Of a DNA stretch of 64,000 nt, positions 37,552 through 47,481 are shown in pieces; position 1 is the stretch's first letter, and every line of letters starts with the position of its first letter. The DNA comes from a bacterium (GTDB lineage Bacteria; Bdellovibrionota_C; UBA2361; CALJRW01), in assembly GCA_031385045.1 (NCBI GenBank), contig JANNBC010000024.1, positions 160,001 through 224,000 on the forward strand, read 5' to 3'. The notes beneath the pieces are model-generated. The model did no database searches. It was not told the origin of the DNA and was given only the letters and a program-made list of their open reading frames with translations. The position numbers and the translations under genes are program-made.

Positions 37552-38715
37552 TTAAATTACCCTAACTTTAATAATACCAGGGACTTCAGAAAGTTTCTTG
37601 ACTAAATCTTGGCTAATTTGGGCATTGGTATCGGCAATTGTACAGGCATACTCACCCCTAGATTTATTAATCATATCTACGATATTAAATCCAGCGGCTC
37701 CAAGTTTACCTGAAATTTCTGCTAACATATTAGGAATATTTCGGTTGATTATTACCAAACGACAACCTGCAGCAATCGGCGGGAGCTCAATTTCAGGCAG
37801 ATTAACAGAGTTAGTAATATTACCAGTTTCTAAATAATCTTTTACTTGTTTACAGACCATTCTAGCGCAGTTTTCTTCTGCTTCAGCAGTACTTGCTCCT
37901 AGATGTGGAAAGGATAAGACGGCAGGTTCTCCTTGTAAGGCAGCCTGAGGAAAATCACAACAGTAATGTTTGATTTTACCTTCTTTGATTCCCAGTAAAA
38001 TTGCCTCAGAATCTACAATTCCCGCCCGAGAAAAATTAAGGATGGTCACACCCTTTTTAATTTGTAAGATTTGCTCTTTAGCGAAAAGGCCTTTAGTTGC
38101 CGGTATTAACGGCACATGAAAAGAAACAAAATCAGCCTCAGCATAAAGCTGTGCAAGGTTGCTGGCCCTAATAACATGTGCGGATAAACGCCAGGCATTT
38201 TGAATGGTAATAGCTGGATCGTAACCAACAACTCGCATTCCTAATTCTAGAGCGGTATTTGCTAGCATTACTCCAATTGCCCCAAGACCAACAATCCCTA
38301 GTGTTTTGCCGGCAATTTCCATCCCTGCAAAATTCTTTTTTTTGGCTTCAGTTTCTAGATCGATTTCTAGATCTGTGCCCTTTAGAGTTTTTACAAAATC
38401 ATTTGCTGGAAAAAGATTTCGTGCTGAAATTAACATTGCAGATAAGACTAGCTCTTTAACGGCGTTAGCATTAGCTCCGGGTGTATTAAATACGACAACT
38501 CCAGTTTCTGATAACTTTTCAACTGGAATATTATTTACTCCAGCTCCGGCACGACCAATTGCCAATAAATTAGATTCAAAATCAAATTGATGTAGGTTTT
38601 GTGAACGAAGCAAGATTGCTTCTGGATTGGAAACAGCAGTTGCTAAGTTATATTCACTCAGCTGATTAAGTCCAGTTTCCGAAATGTTATTTAAAACTAA
38701 AATGTTTTTATTCAT
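37552..38715 (-). CDS. serA: D-3-phosphoglycerate dehydrogenase
   Basis: RAGAGVNNI, NTPGANANAV.E, GLGAIG, PHLGAST, C-terminal ACT domain. Confidence 0.92.
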   Translation of the reverse strand: MNKNILVLNNISETGLNQLSEYNLATAVSNPEAILLRSQNLHQFDFESNLLAIGRAGAGVNNIPVEKLSETGVVVFNTPGANANAVKELVLSAMLISARNLFPANDFVKTLKGTDLEIDLETEAKKKNFAGMEIAGKTLGIVGLGAIGVMLANTALELGMRVVGYDPAITIQNAWRLSAHVIRASNLAQLYAEADFVSFHVPLIPATKGLFAKEQILQIKKGVTILNFSRAGIVDSEAILLGIKEGKIKHYCCDFPQAALQGEPAVLSFPHLGASTAEAEENCARMVCKQVKDYLETGNITNSVNLPEIELPPIAAGCRLVIINRNIPNMLAEISGKLGAAGFNIVDMINKSRGEYACTIADTNAQISQDLVKKLSEVPGIIKVRVI

Positions 38716-38720
38716 GTTAA

Positions 38721-39803
38721 TTAAGCAGAAGTTTTTTCAAAATTTTTCATAAAATTTACTAGCGCCTCTACCCCAGCATATGGCATGGCATTGTAAATAC
38801 TAGCACGCATTCCACCGACAGAGCGATGTCCTTGAAGGTTTAGTAAGCCTTGTTCTTTAGCCAAATCTAAGAATTTATTTTCCAGACTACTATCAGCTAT
38901 TAAAAAAGGCACATTCATGTCGGAACGTGATTCTTTCTGAACAGGGTTAGAATAAAAAGAACTTTGATCAATAAAGTCATAGAGTAACTTTGCTTTCTTT
39001 TGATTGTTAGCAACAAGTTGATCGAATCCTTGCGCCTTAATCCATTTCATGACTTCGCCCATGATATAAATACTGTAACAAGGCGGAGTGTTGTAACAAC
39101 TATCTGCCTCAGCATGGGTTTGATAGTTAAGATAAACGGGCAGTTCTTGATTGGAGGTAGCTAAAAGATCTTTTCGGATAATTACTAAGGTAACTCCTGC
39201 TGGCCCAAGATTCTTCTGGGCTCCTGCATAAATCATGGCAAACTGATTAATATCAAATTTACGAGACAGAATATCTGAGGACATATCCGCAATTAGTGGC
39301 GCAGAACTTTTTGGGAAATCCTTAAATTGTAATCCACCAATAGTTTCGTTAGAGGCAATGTGTAAATAACTGGCATTATCACTTAGCTTCCAAGAACTAC
39401 TTTCTGGTAAGCTTAAATAATTATGTTCTTTACCATCGGCAACAACATTAACAACCCCTATTCTCTTAGCTTCTTCCACAGCTTTTTTCGACCACTGTCC
39501 AGTAATAGCATAGTCAGCAACCGCACCTGTTTTTAGGAAATTTAGTGGGATGTTTGTAAATTGCGCGGAAGCTCCCCCTTGTAAAAACAATATTTTATAT
39601 TGATTGTTAATTGTTAGTAACTCTCTTAAGTTGCTTTCCACATCTTTAATAATTGATTGGAATTCCGCTCCACGATGACTAAGTTCCATAACAGAACAGC
39701 CGGAAGCATGCCAATTAAGCAGCTCTTTTTGAGCTATTTCTAATACTTCTTCTGGAAGTTGGCTGGGGCCTGGGCTGAAATTATATTTTCTTTGGTAATT
39801 CAT
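38721..39803 (-). CDS. serC: phosphoserine aminotransferase
   Basis: NFSPGP, ELSHR, QGGAS, DMSS, YAGAQKN.GP, GHRSVGGMRASIYNA. Confidence 0.96.
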   Translation of the reverse strand: MNYQRKYNFSPGPSQLPEEVLEIAQKELLNWHASGCSVMELSHRGAEFQSIIKDVESNLRELLTINNQYKILFLQGGASAQFTNIPLNFLKTGAVADYAITGQWSKKAVEEAKRIGVVNVVADGKEHNYLSLPESSSWKLSDNASYLHIASNETIGGLQFKDFPKSSAPLIADMSSDILSRKFDINQFAMIYAGAQKNLGPAGVTLVIIRKDLLATSNQELPVYLNYQTHAEADSCYNTPPCYSIYIMGEVMKWIKAQGFDQLVANNQKKAKLLYDFIDQSSFYSNPVQKESRSDMNVPFLIADSSLENKFLDLAKEQGLLNLQGHRSVGGMRASIYNAMPYAGVEALVNFMKNFEKTSA

Positions 39804-40614
39804 ATAGCGAGTTTCCTAGTTGAATCGGACAATTTTTTGCCCACTTTACATCATTAGAAAAACTCTGCAAGAAGGCTTGATTAGTTAATAGCACTACGCT
39901 GGAACCCAAATGAAACGTGCCTAATCGCTGGCCAAGCTCAAAGCAGAAATTAATATTTTTTTCTTCAACTGCTTGTAGATCTTTTTTAAGTAATTCTTGG
40001 TTAGTAACTAGATCATTAAAAGTTAAGGACATTTTCCCAACATTTAATGCTCCTACCATAACCAGCAAGATCGTTCCCAGGGCAGTTTCTAATTCCATGA
40101 TTACCCGCTCATTACGGGCAAAGAGATTTGGTAATCGCTGATAGGTAAAGTTATTTACTGGCCAGAGAAAGCCAGGGATATAAACTAAGCGTTTTACACG
40201 ACCAGAACACGGTGCATGGACATGATGATAGTCCTTCGGTGAAAGATAAAGGTTATATAGTGCACCACCAAAGTAATCGCTAGCTTGAAAATGATTACCT
40301 AAAAGTGCAGAGATTCGGTAATTAACTCCTTTAACTTGCAACTGTTTATCTTCTGAGACTACAAATTGATCCCTCAAAAATCCATCAACTGGGGAGACAA
40401 AATCACTACTCATTTGTCGACTTCCAGGTTTTAAATCACGCACAAAGAATTCCCCCAGTGTACGATAACTTTTTAAACTTTCCGGAACTCCAGCAAGATC
40501 AACTTGGCAGATTCTTGAATAAACTATGTAGACAATAGGTCTAAACCAGACTGGTAGGTAGATGTTGGTGAGTAGGCCGAAGCCATAACTTAGGTAATTA
40601 GTAATAATGATCAC
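39781..40614 (-). CDS. psd: phosphatidylserine decarboxylase proenzyme
   Basis: FFVR.LK, SPVDG, YLSPKDYH, NERV, VGALNVG, cleavage motif LGSS. Confidence 0.92.
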   Translation of the reverse strand: MIIITNYLSYGFGLLTNIYLPVWFRPIVYIVYSRICQVDLAGVPESLKSYRTLGEFFVRDLKPGSRQMSSDFVSPVDGFLRDQFVVSEDKQLQVKGVNYRISALLGNHFQASDYFGGALYNLYLSPKDYHHVHAPCSGRVKRLVYIPGFLWPVNNFTYQRLPNLFARNERVIMELETALGTILLVMVGALNVGKMSLTFNDLVTNQELLKKDLQAVEEKNINFCFELGQRLGTFHLGSSVVLLTNQAFLQSFSNDVKWAKNCPIQLGNSLYELPKKI

Positions 40615-40773
40615 TTGAACTTTTATTGAATAGTTAATAGGTTAATGTGCTATACTGCAGGACAATGTCGCAAATCGTTTGGAACTGGTCAAGAAGGCTG
40701 AGTCTTTTTTTAACGTCTCTTACTTTAACATTTGCAACACCTCAGTAATTAAGTTTTAATTTTTGAAATAACG

Positions 40774-41526
40774 ATGATTAGAACATCAAATCCAGTTTTA
40801 AATGACCGAATCTTTGCGGAAACAAGATCTTACTCCACTTCTGAGGTAATGACACTTTCTGGGACTGTTAATAAAACAGCCTGTTGTTTAGCATTAACAA
40901 TTGCTAGCGCATATTATGTCTATAGTCATCCACAATTTGCTTTTCTGTCATTACCCGCGGTGCTGTTAGCATTTGTGATTGGCCTAGTTATTACTTTTAA
41001 AAAGACTTGGGCTGGGTTTTTAACACCGCTTTATGCCTTAATTAAAGGTGTTTTTGTAGGATCTTTTTCGCTCTTTGCCAATCATTATGTGATGCAACAG
41101 AATCCAGCATCAAATGGAGTTGTCTTTCAAGCCATTATTTTAACCTTTGGTACACTTTTTGCACTTTTGATGGCTTATAAAAGTGGTTATATTAAAGCAA
41201 CAGAAAATTTCAAACTGGGAATAGTTGCTGCTACAGGAGGGATTGGGCTTTTTTATCTAATCTCTTTGATCGCTTCTTTGTTTGGGGCAAATCTGAGTTT
41301 TATGTATAGCAGTAGTCCTTTAAGCATTGGGATTTCAGTTGTTGTTGTAATCATTGCGGCATTAAATTTAGTACTTGATTTTGATTTTATTGAGAATGCT
41401 GTAGCGACTCGTAACACTCCAAAATATATGGAGTGGTTTGCTGCTTTTGGTTTATTAGTTACATTAATCTGGCTTTATATCGAAATATTACGTTTACTTA
41501 TGAAATTGGCATCGTCGCGTGAATAA
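40774..41526 (+). CDS. Bax inhibitor-1/YccA family membrane protein
   Basis: SNP, MTLSGTVNKT, LVLDFDFIE, EWFAAFGLLVTLIWLYIEILRLL. Confidence 0.9.
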   Translation: MIRTSNPVLNDRIFAETRSYSTSEVMTLSGTVNKTACCLALTIASAYYVYSHPQFAFLSLPAVLLAFVIGLVITFKKTWAGFLTPLYALIKGVFVGSFSLFANHYVMQQNPASNGVVFQAIILTFGTLFALLMAYKSGYIKATENFKLGIVAATGGIGLFYLISLIASLFGANLSFMYSSSPLSIGISVVVVIIAALNLVLDFDFIENAVATRNTPKYMEWFAAFGLLVTLIWLYIEILRLLMKLASSRE

Positions 41527-42619
41527 AATCCCTTTATTAATTATCTTTCTTGCTAGCTTAATTATTACTCCTTTTGTTTGGGCTGATGCTAAAGAAGAAG
41601 CTTTTCAGCCTAGTTTGATCGGTTTAAATAATGATCAGAAAAGACTATTTGATTATTTAGAGATTGAAAGAATTATTCTTGAGGGTAAGTATCGTGAGCC
41701 AGACACTGAAGCTTGGAAAAGCTTTGCTAGATTATACGAAGAATATGTGGAACTTTTCTGTTATGAAAGTGTAAATTACAAATTTCAAAGTCCGACTAAT
41801 CCAAACCCAAGTGCCACTTGTCGAAATTACCTAAGAAATCTCAAGATCTATAATCCTACAAATCCACTTTTGGCCTGTTCTGAAAATGGTCTGGGATCCG
41901 AGCAATGTAAGAATGCCTACTTGCAACAATATATTTCTAGAGAAGGTGATTTCACAAATAATTTTAATACCATGAGTGAATTTGAGGGGAAAATAGCTAC
42001 CCTGTCTCAGGAGCGCATGAAGACAAGACCGCAAGAATTAGATTTTGAAATTAATAAATTAGCATTAAGCTTTAAGACTGAAGAGACTGCTGAAAAATGG
42101 TTACAGTATAAATCGATGCTTAGTGAAAAAATTGATTATGAGTGCCATACGGTTGGTGTTTCTTTCGTAGATTTTGCACCACCAGATTTTATGATGGGCG
42201 CCAACTTAATTGAGCATCAACGCTATACTAGTGATCAACTTTATAAAGAGGCCTATGATCTTTTACATGATCCGAACAGACTAGGAAATCTTTTTATTCA
42301 AGGTAACTTTGATAAAAAAGAGGATCCTGCAGTGGAACTGCAGACTAAGCCTCACCCGTTTGAAGTTATTGATAAAAAAGATCAAAGTGATTTTAAACCA
42401 AAGCCTTTTTGGCGAATTCGCCGTATTTCCACTAAATGCTATGAGAGTATTCTTCAAGGCTTAAGATTTAATATTGCCTTACCAGCCTCCATTTGTAATC
42501 TGCATGGAATATATTCCCCACTATGCTTAAACGCTGATAAAGAATTTGAAAAAAATCTGCCGCTTTATATCAGAAAACCTAAAGTTATTAAGCCAAAATT
42601 TGAAATGGGAACTTTCTAG
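41519..42619 (+). CDS. exported Cys-containing hypothetical protein
   Basis: signal peptide ending VWA; several Cys residues. Confidence 0.65.
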   Translation: MNKIPLLIIFLASLIITPFVWADAKEEAFQPSLIGLNNDQKRLFDYLEIERIILEGKYREPDTEAWKSFARLYEEYVELFCYESVNYKFQSPTNPNPSATCRNYLRNLKIYNPTNPLLACSENGLGSEQCKNAYLQQYISREGDFTNNFNTMSEFEGKIATLSQERMKTRPQELDFEINKLALSFKTEETAEKWLQYKSMLSEKIDYECHTVGVSFVDFAPPDFMMGANLIEHQRYTSDQLYKEAYDLLHDPNRLGNLFIQGNFDKKEDPAVELQTKPHPFEVIDKKDQSDFKPKPFWRIRRISTKCYESILQGLRFNIALPASICNLHGIYSPLCLNADKEFEKNLPLYIRKPKVIKPKFEMGTF

Positions 42620-42747
42620 CAGCATTAATTTTCTTTTCAAAAATGCTAAAAAGTTCATTTATCCTCTTGAGATTCTTAGTTTTTTTTGATTTAATGGATA
42701 CCTGTAGTGATTCATAACTACAGGTTGATTTATCTTTTTGTTTCCTT

Positions 42748-43107
42748 ATGTCTAAAAAAAATTGTTTAACAAAAGCTGATCTCGCAGATAGCATTTTCTC
42801 AATGATGCCAATTGATAAGAGCCAAGCAAATCAGATTGTGGAAGATTTTATTGAATTAATTAAGACAGGACTGGAACAAGACGAGAAAGTAATGATTTCA
42901 GGATATGGTTCTTTTGAGGTGAACTCCAAGTCAGCTCGCCGAGGTCGTAATCCCCAAACTGGCGAATCCATTATTTTAAGATCAAGAAAAGTTGTTAAAT
43001 TTAAACCTAGCCAAATCTTAAGAAAATCAGTCAATAACGATGGTTCAGCAATTGATGAGCAAGAAGATAGTTTTGCTCCCAAGCCTCGAGCACCTTTCCG
43101 TAGCTAG
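42748..43107 (+). CDS. ihfA: integration host factor subunit alpha
   Basis: LTKADL, ISGYGSF, RRGRNPQTGE, VVKFKPS..L. Confidence 0.85.
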   Translation: MSKKNCLTKADLADSIFSMMPIDKSQANQIVEDFIELIKTGLEQDEKVMISGYGSFEVNSKSARRGRNPQTGESIILRSRKVVKFKPSQILRKSVNNDGSAIDEQEDSFAPKPRAPFRS

Positions 43108-43254
43108 TGCTCTATCCATTAAGTTTTTTCACCTGGGAAAGATCCCGAGCCGGAGCACTTATTTTACGGAGGTAGGATAATAATACTAATTTACTAATGT
43201 CCCAGCAAACACTCTCGTCACGCAGGTGCAAAAACTTATCGGATGGGACACTAG
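43104..43254. mobile_element. MITE-like element with ~30-bp imperfect terminal inverted repeats flanked by CTAG
   Basis: CTAG-TGCTCTATCCATTAAGTTTTTTCACCTG ... CAGGTGCAAAAACTTATCGGATGGGACA-CTAG; no ORF; a structured ncRNA is an alternative reading. Confidence 0.5.
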
Positions 43255-43318
43255 ACTCTCTGCAAAGCTTGAAGAGTTAGAAGGTAATTTATTTACCTTG
43301 GATTATTAAGGGTATAAT

Positions 43319-43549
43319 TTAAGAAAAAAGAAGTGGTGGGTTCTCTACATGAATACCTTCTTTTTTTAGGTCTAACCAAATTTCACGAGCTAACTCTTTA
43401 TTGCTTTGATCTAAAATTTCATAAATATTCTCTAAGTTAAGGGCATACTTGATGGCGGACAGTGCATAAACTGAAGATGCCGTCTTATTTTTTAAGCTCT
43501 CCCTAACTTCTTTTAAGTAAGACTCCAGTTCTTTCTTTGTTTTAATCAT
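43319..43549 (-). CDS. small hypothetical protein
   Basis: 76-aa ORF with GGAG RBS. Confidence 0.65.
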   Translation of the reverse strand: MIKTKKELESYLKEVRESLKNKTASSVYALSAIKYALNLENIYEILDQSNKELAREIWLDLKKEGIHVENPPLLFS

Positions 43550-43596
43550 CTATTTTCTCCAAAACTTATTAACTTATTATTTGCTTATCTACTATC

Positions 43597-44301
43597 CTAA
43601 CGATCCACAGGGATTAATTCAATAGCCTGACTAAAGCGCCTCGGATCTTGACCAGGGATCACAACTAGGGGGGAGTCGGTAATAACACCTCTAGTTTCAA
43701 TTCTTCTAGGTTCGATGCCAAAACGGACTAAATAATTTCCAATTTCTCTAGATCTCTTTAGTGTTAAGTGCTCTGCATAGCTAGTTTTATCTTCCACAGA
43801 CTTCACATAACAAGCCACAATCAACCTTGACCATGGAAAACGTTTCTTATTAAGTCGTGCTAACTCTCTAACAAGTGCAATTGATTCTGGTTTTAACTTA
43901 ACCTCGTCTCCAGAGAAGAAATAATCAGCAGGATAAATATCACGTGCGGGATGGAACTCGATTCTTCTTTGATAGTGTTCAGTTAAAACTTGCTGAGCAA
44001 ATGCAATTTCTTTTTCTGTCTTGGCCCGTTCTTTTAATTCTTTCAAATCTTCTTCCGCCCAGTCTTGAACTGCCCCGCGGATTCCTCCAGCTACAGCTCC
44101 TACTCCAGCCCCGACTGCCGCTCCTGGCCCAGTTCCAGCACCTAAATGCAAGCCTACAATAGCTCCCGTTCCTGCGCCAGTTGCTGCACCAGTGACAATA
44201 CCCAAACCTTCTTTATCAGGACCAGGGCGATATCCAGTACATGATACTAGTAGTATTAAGAGAATCAGTAAGGAGAATTTAGAATTTTGCTTGTTCATCA
44301 A
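43597..44301 (-). CDS. glycine-zipper OmpA-like lipoprotein
   Basis: lipobox LVSC; GAATGAGTGAIVG...GAAVGAGVGAVAGG; C-terminal OmpA-like LT.KRS..I..YL...GI...RIETRG. Confidence 0.8.
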   Translation of the reverse strand: MMNKQNSKFSLLILLILLVSCTGYRPGPDKEGLGIVTGAATGAGTGAIVGLHLGAGTGPGAAVGAGVGAVAGGIRGAVQDWAEEDLKELKERAKTEKEIAFAQQVLTEHYQRRIEFHPARDIYPADYFFSGDEVKLKPESIALVRELARLNKKRFPWSRLIVACYVKSVEDKTSYAEHLTLKRSREIGNYLVRFGIEPRRIETRGVITDSPLVVIPGQDPRRFSQAIELIPVDR

Positions 44302-45778
44302 ACGTTATTTGCTTTAAGGGGTACTGATAAAGGTAAGAATTAGGGTCAGCAACCGCAGTCTCCAAAAGATTATACGTCGAACTAGGTCCTACAACAACTA
44401 TAATAAAATCATCAATCCTCCAGTGTTTAGTGGCAACGTTCTGAATTTCTGCTGAATTAACTTTGGCAATGTTGCTTAGAAAATCTTGTTGATAATTATC
44501 TGGATAATCTAATAGTTTTAATAGCGCATAACGATTTACGATTTTCTCATAGTTATCATAATCAAAAACGAAGGAGTTCTGGATATTACGCTTAACACTC
44601 TCTACTTCAGCTTCCTTTGGGCCAACAGTCTGAAGTTCTACAAGAGTTCTGACTCCCTCTTCAATCGCCTTAACTGTTTGTTCTGATTTTGTTTGTAAGT
44701 AGATAATATTTTTACCAGGAATTACATCCTCTAATGTACCCCCAAAAGTAGAATAGGCCCAGCCATTCTTTTCACGAATGTTTTTCATTAGTCTAGAAGT
44801 GAAAGACTTAGTACCAAAAATATCATTAAAAACTTGGAGGGCATATTGATCGGGACCAAGACGTTTCACCCCACGTTGACCAATACTTACAGTGCTTTGC
44901 TGATATTCACCTGGGTAGAAATAAATTCCCTTAGCGTTTTCTGGAACTGGATCTAATAACTTTTCTTGAAAGTTTTTACTAACGGGCCATTTTGCAAAAT
45001 AATCTAGTGCCAGTTGCCGAGCTGCAATATCAGTTAAGTCTCCAGTTAAGACAAGTTTAGCCTTATTGGGGATAACGTACGCCCGATGGACTCTAAGTAT
45101 TTCGGCTCGACTAAGAGCTTCAACTTCCTTAATTGAACTGAGCTTTTCAAATGGAGTACCACGATTGATCAACTGATTAAATGTTAGCGAAGCAATGTCG
45201 TTTGGTGAATCTTTGCGAGATTTAATACTAGCAATCTTTTGTTTTTTCCAATTTTCCAATCTTTGCAAATCAATCTGTGGTTTTAAGACAATGTCCTGAG
45301 CTATCGGTAGAACCTCAGCTAGAGATTCACTTAGGCAAGAGAAGCTAATGCTAGCATTTTCAGCTCCAAAATTAACATCAACTGAGGCAGCTAGTTGTTC
45401 TAACAGTAAATCAACTTCTTCTGGGTTTCGCTCTCCCGCGCCACCAGTACGCATTAGGCTGCCCAGCGCTTCTAAGGCAAGAGCGTCCCCTTGTTGTTTT
45501 GCAAGATAAACCCCATTCGGAATCAATAAAGTACCATTAATAATTGGCAACTCTGGATCTGCTAAAAAATTAACTTCAATCCCATTCTCAATAATCCAAG
45601 AAGTAATTTGTGGAACATTCGCCGTCAAAGGATCAACTTTGAGAGCTTGTTTTATCCATTTTGGATTCTTCGAGCTCAACTCTGTAAATGATTTTTGCCG
45701 AGTAGGTTTTTTTTCTGCTGGAGCAAAAAGGCTACAGGCCGAAAGTAAACAAATGAAAATTATGATCAGATACTTCAC
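44279..45778 (-). CDS. M16 family peptidase, non-catalytic subunit (lipoprotein)
   Basis: lipobox LSAC; SRLMKNIREKNGWAY; no HxxEH. Confidence 0.85.
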   Translation of the reverse strand: MKYLIIIFICLLSACSLFAPAEKKPTRQKSFTELSSKNPKWIKQALKVDPLTANVPQITSWIIENGIEVNFLADPELPIINGTLLIPNGVYLAKQQGDALALEALGSLMRTGGAGERNPEEVDLLLEQLAASVDVNFGAENASISFSCLSESLAEVLPIAQDIVLKPQIDLQRLENWKKQKIASIKSRKDSPNDIASLTFNQLINRGTPFEKLSSIKEVEALSRAEILRVHRAYVIPNKAKLVLTGDLTDIAARQLALDYFAKWPVSKNFQEKLLDPVPENAKGIYFYPGEYQQSTVSIGQRGVKRLGPDQYALQVFNDIFGTKSFTSRLMKNIREKNGWAYSTFGGTLEDVIPGKNIIYLQTKSEQTVKAIEEGVRTLVELQTVGPKEAEVESVKRNIQNSFVFDYDNYEKIVNRYALLKLLDYPDNYQQDFLSNIAKVNSAEIQNVATKHWRIDDFIIVVVGPSSTYNLLETAVADPNSYLYQYPLKQITFDEQAKF

Positions 45779-47253
45779 TGTCGGTCCTCCAATTTGCCAA
45801 CGATTAAATTTTCAGGCACTAGATATTTTCTAGCAACTTGATTGATTGTTGCGATATCTAAGTTATCAATTTTTGCTAACCAACTGAAGTAATCATGCCA
45901 ATCATCATAGACATGCTGCGCATAGCTTAAACCTTGCGCCAAAGTCATATTAGATTGCAGGCCAAAAATTAAATCTGCTTTCAGCCTTTTTTTAACCAAG
46001 TTTAGGTCACTTTCTGAGATTCCCGCTTTTAACTTAGCTTCGATAATCTTTAATAATTCTGCTTCTAATTGATCATTGGTCGTTGGTGCGATCGGTTGAG
46101 CAAAAATCAAGTATAAATTCGGAAAGGCCGCGCCGGGCCCCTCAAAATAGCTTAAAGAACGAGCGATTGAGCGATCAATTACTAAATCTTTATAAATTGG
46201 CGCAACACTGCTGCCAAGCATCGCATCAAGCCAAAGGTTTAATGCTAAATCATCAGGGTTAGGATAGTTTGGCTTATGATAAGCTAATAGCATTCTAGGC
46301 TCAGCAGCAAACTGCACGGCAAATTCCTTTTTTCCTGTGAACCAAGGCTCAATAATATTTGTTCTTTTTGGGGTTGGCTGACTTGGCAGTGAGCTAAAAT
46401 ACTTCTCCAGCATTTTTACAGTATCTGAAACATCTAAATCGCCAACCAAGGTAATCAGAATATTATCTGCCTGATAATATGTGCGATAAAACTGATCAAT
46501 ATCGTTAGCTGTTAGGTTATTTAAATCTGTTTCATAGCCAATTGTTGGGCGCCGATAGGGATGTAATTCATAAGCATTGGCCAGCATCTTAATATACAAA
46601 GCGCCATCTGGATCATCAACATAACGTAAGCGTCTTTCTTCTTGAACTACATCTCGCTCGGAATAAAACTGTCGCCAAACTGGCTCAGCCAATCGATCAG
46701 ATTCAATTTGACACCAACTCTCTAGGGCGTTACTGGGCATACTAATAAAATAATTTGTAAAGTCAGAACTTGTCGAGGCATTCATGCCAACGCCGCCTAA
46801 CTTAGAAAAAATCTGATCAATCCCCTCTTCTCCATTCCAAGTTTTTTTAAGTTTTTTATTTACTATGGAAATTTGTTTTTTGATCGACTCTTGATCTTCC
46901 GATGGATCTTGTGATTTTTTAACCAACACTTCTAGCTCTCTTAATAACTGCGCTTCTTTGGGAAAATTTTTCGTACCTAAAGTCTTAGAACCCTTGAAGG
47001 CCATATGTTCTAACATATGGGAGATGCCTGTTTTGCCTGGGATTTCATCCACGCCACCAACCTTAACGCTAATCACTGCTGAAAAAACTGGGGCTTGCTT
47101 ACGAGGATAAATAATAACCTGAAGGCCATTGCTTAATTTCGCCGAATGCACTTCGCCAATTAATTTATCAACGATACCTTGATAATCGGTTTGTGCTAGA
47201 GAAATTAATGGGGTCCCAAGGAGTAAAAGGAAAGATAAGAGTATTCTAAACAT
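45775..47253 (-). CDS. M16 family zinc peptidase, catalytic subunit
   Basis: GISHMLEHMAFKG (HxxEH), NASTS, ERDVVQEERR; likely start MFRILL at 47253 with signal peptide. Confidence 0.9.
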   Translation of the reverse strand: MFRILLSFLLLLGTPLISLAQTDYQGIVDKLIGEVHSAKLSNGLQVIIYPRKQAPVFSAVISVKVGGVDEIPGKTGISHMLEHMAFKGSKTLGTKNFPKEAQLLRELEVLVKKSQDPSEDQESIKKQISIVNKKLKKTWNGEEGIDQIFSKLGGVGMNASTSSDFTNYFISMPSNALESWCQIESDRLAEPVWRQFYSERDVVQEERRLRYVDDPDGALYIKMLANAYELHPYRRPTIGYETDLNNLTANDIDQFYRTYYQADNILITLVGDLDVSDTVKMLEKYFSSLPSQPTPKRTNIIEPWFTGKKEFAVQFAAEPRMLLAYHKPNYPNPDDLALNLWLDAMLGSSVAPIYKDLVIDRSIARSLSYFEGPGAAFPNLYLIFAQPIAPTTNDQLEAELLKIIEAKLKAGISESDLNLVKKRLKADLIFGLQSNMTLAQGLSYAQHVYDDWHDYFSWLAKIDNLDIATINQVARKYLVPENLIVGKLEDRQ

Positions 47254-47345
47254 ACTTGCTTTTCTACCGAATTGCGCCAGATAGTTCAAGCATAGTGTTC
47301 CGCCTACTCTCGTTCGCAAAGCGAACAAAAAAAAACAAACACTAT

Positions 47346-47403
47346 GTCCGCCGTAGCTCTCTGAAATTAAAAGACTTTTTAATTTCAGAGAGCGAAGGAG
47401 GAC
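47346..47403. repeat. REP-like palindrome
   Basis: GTCCGCCGTA-[17-bp perfect stem GCTCTCTGAAATTAAAA/TTTTAATTTCAGAGAGC]-GAAGGAGGAC; GTAG at the stem foot. Confidence 0.55.
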
Positions 47404-47481
47404 CTTACACAACGCCTCAGTTCCGATCTACAATTTAATTGGAAATGAAATTGAAAAAAGATTAATCCCAAAACTTAGTTA

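Noticed and set aside
43104..43254. 6S RNA, SRP RNA or tRNA
   Set aside because: No SRP GGAA-loop motif or cloverleaf, no convincing 6S central bubble and apical stem; the CTAG-bounded inverted ends fit a MITE better.
47254..47412. N-terminal extension of the M16 peptidase in the ORF track
   Set aside because: It runs through palindromic repeats, and a signal peptide begins at MFRILL (47253).
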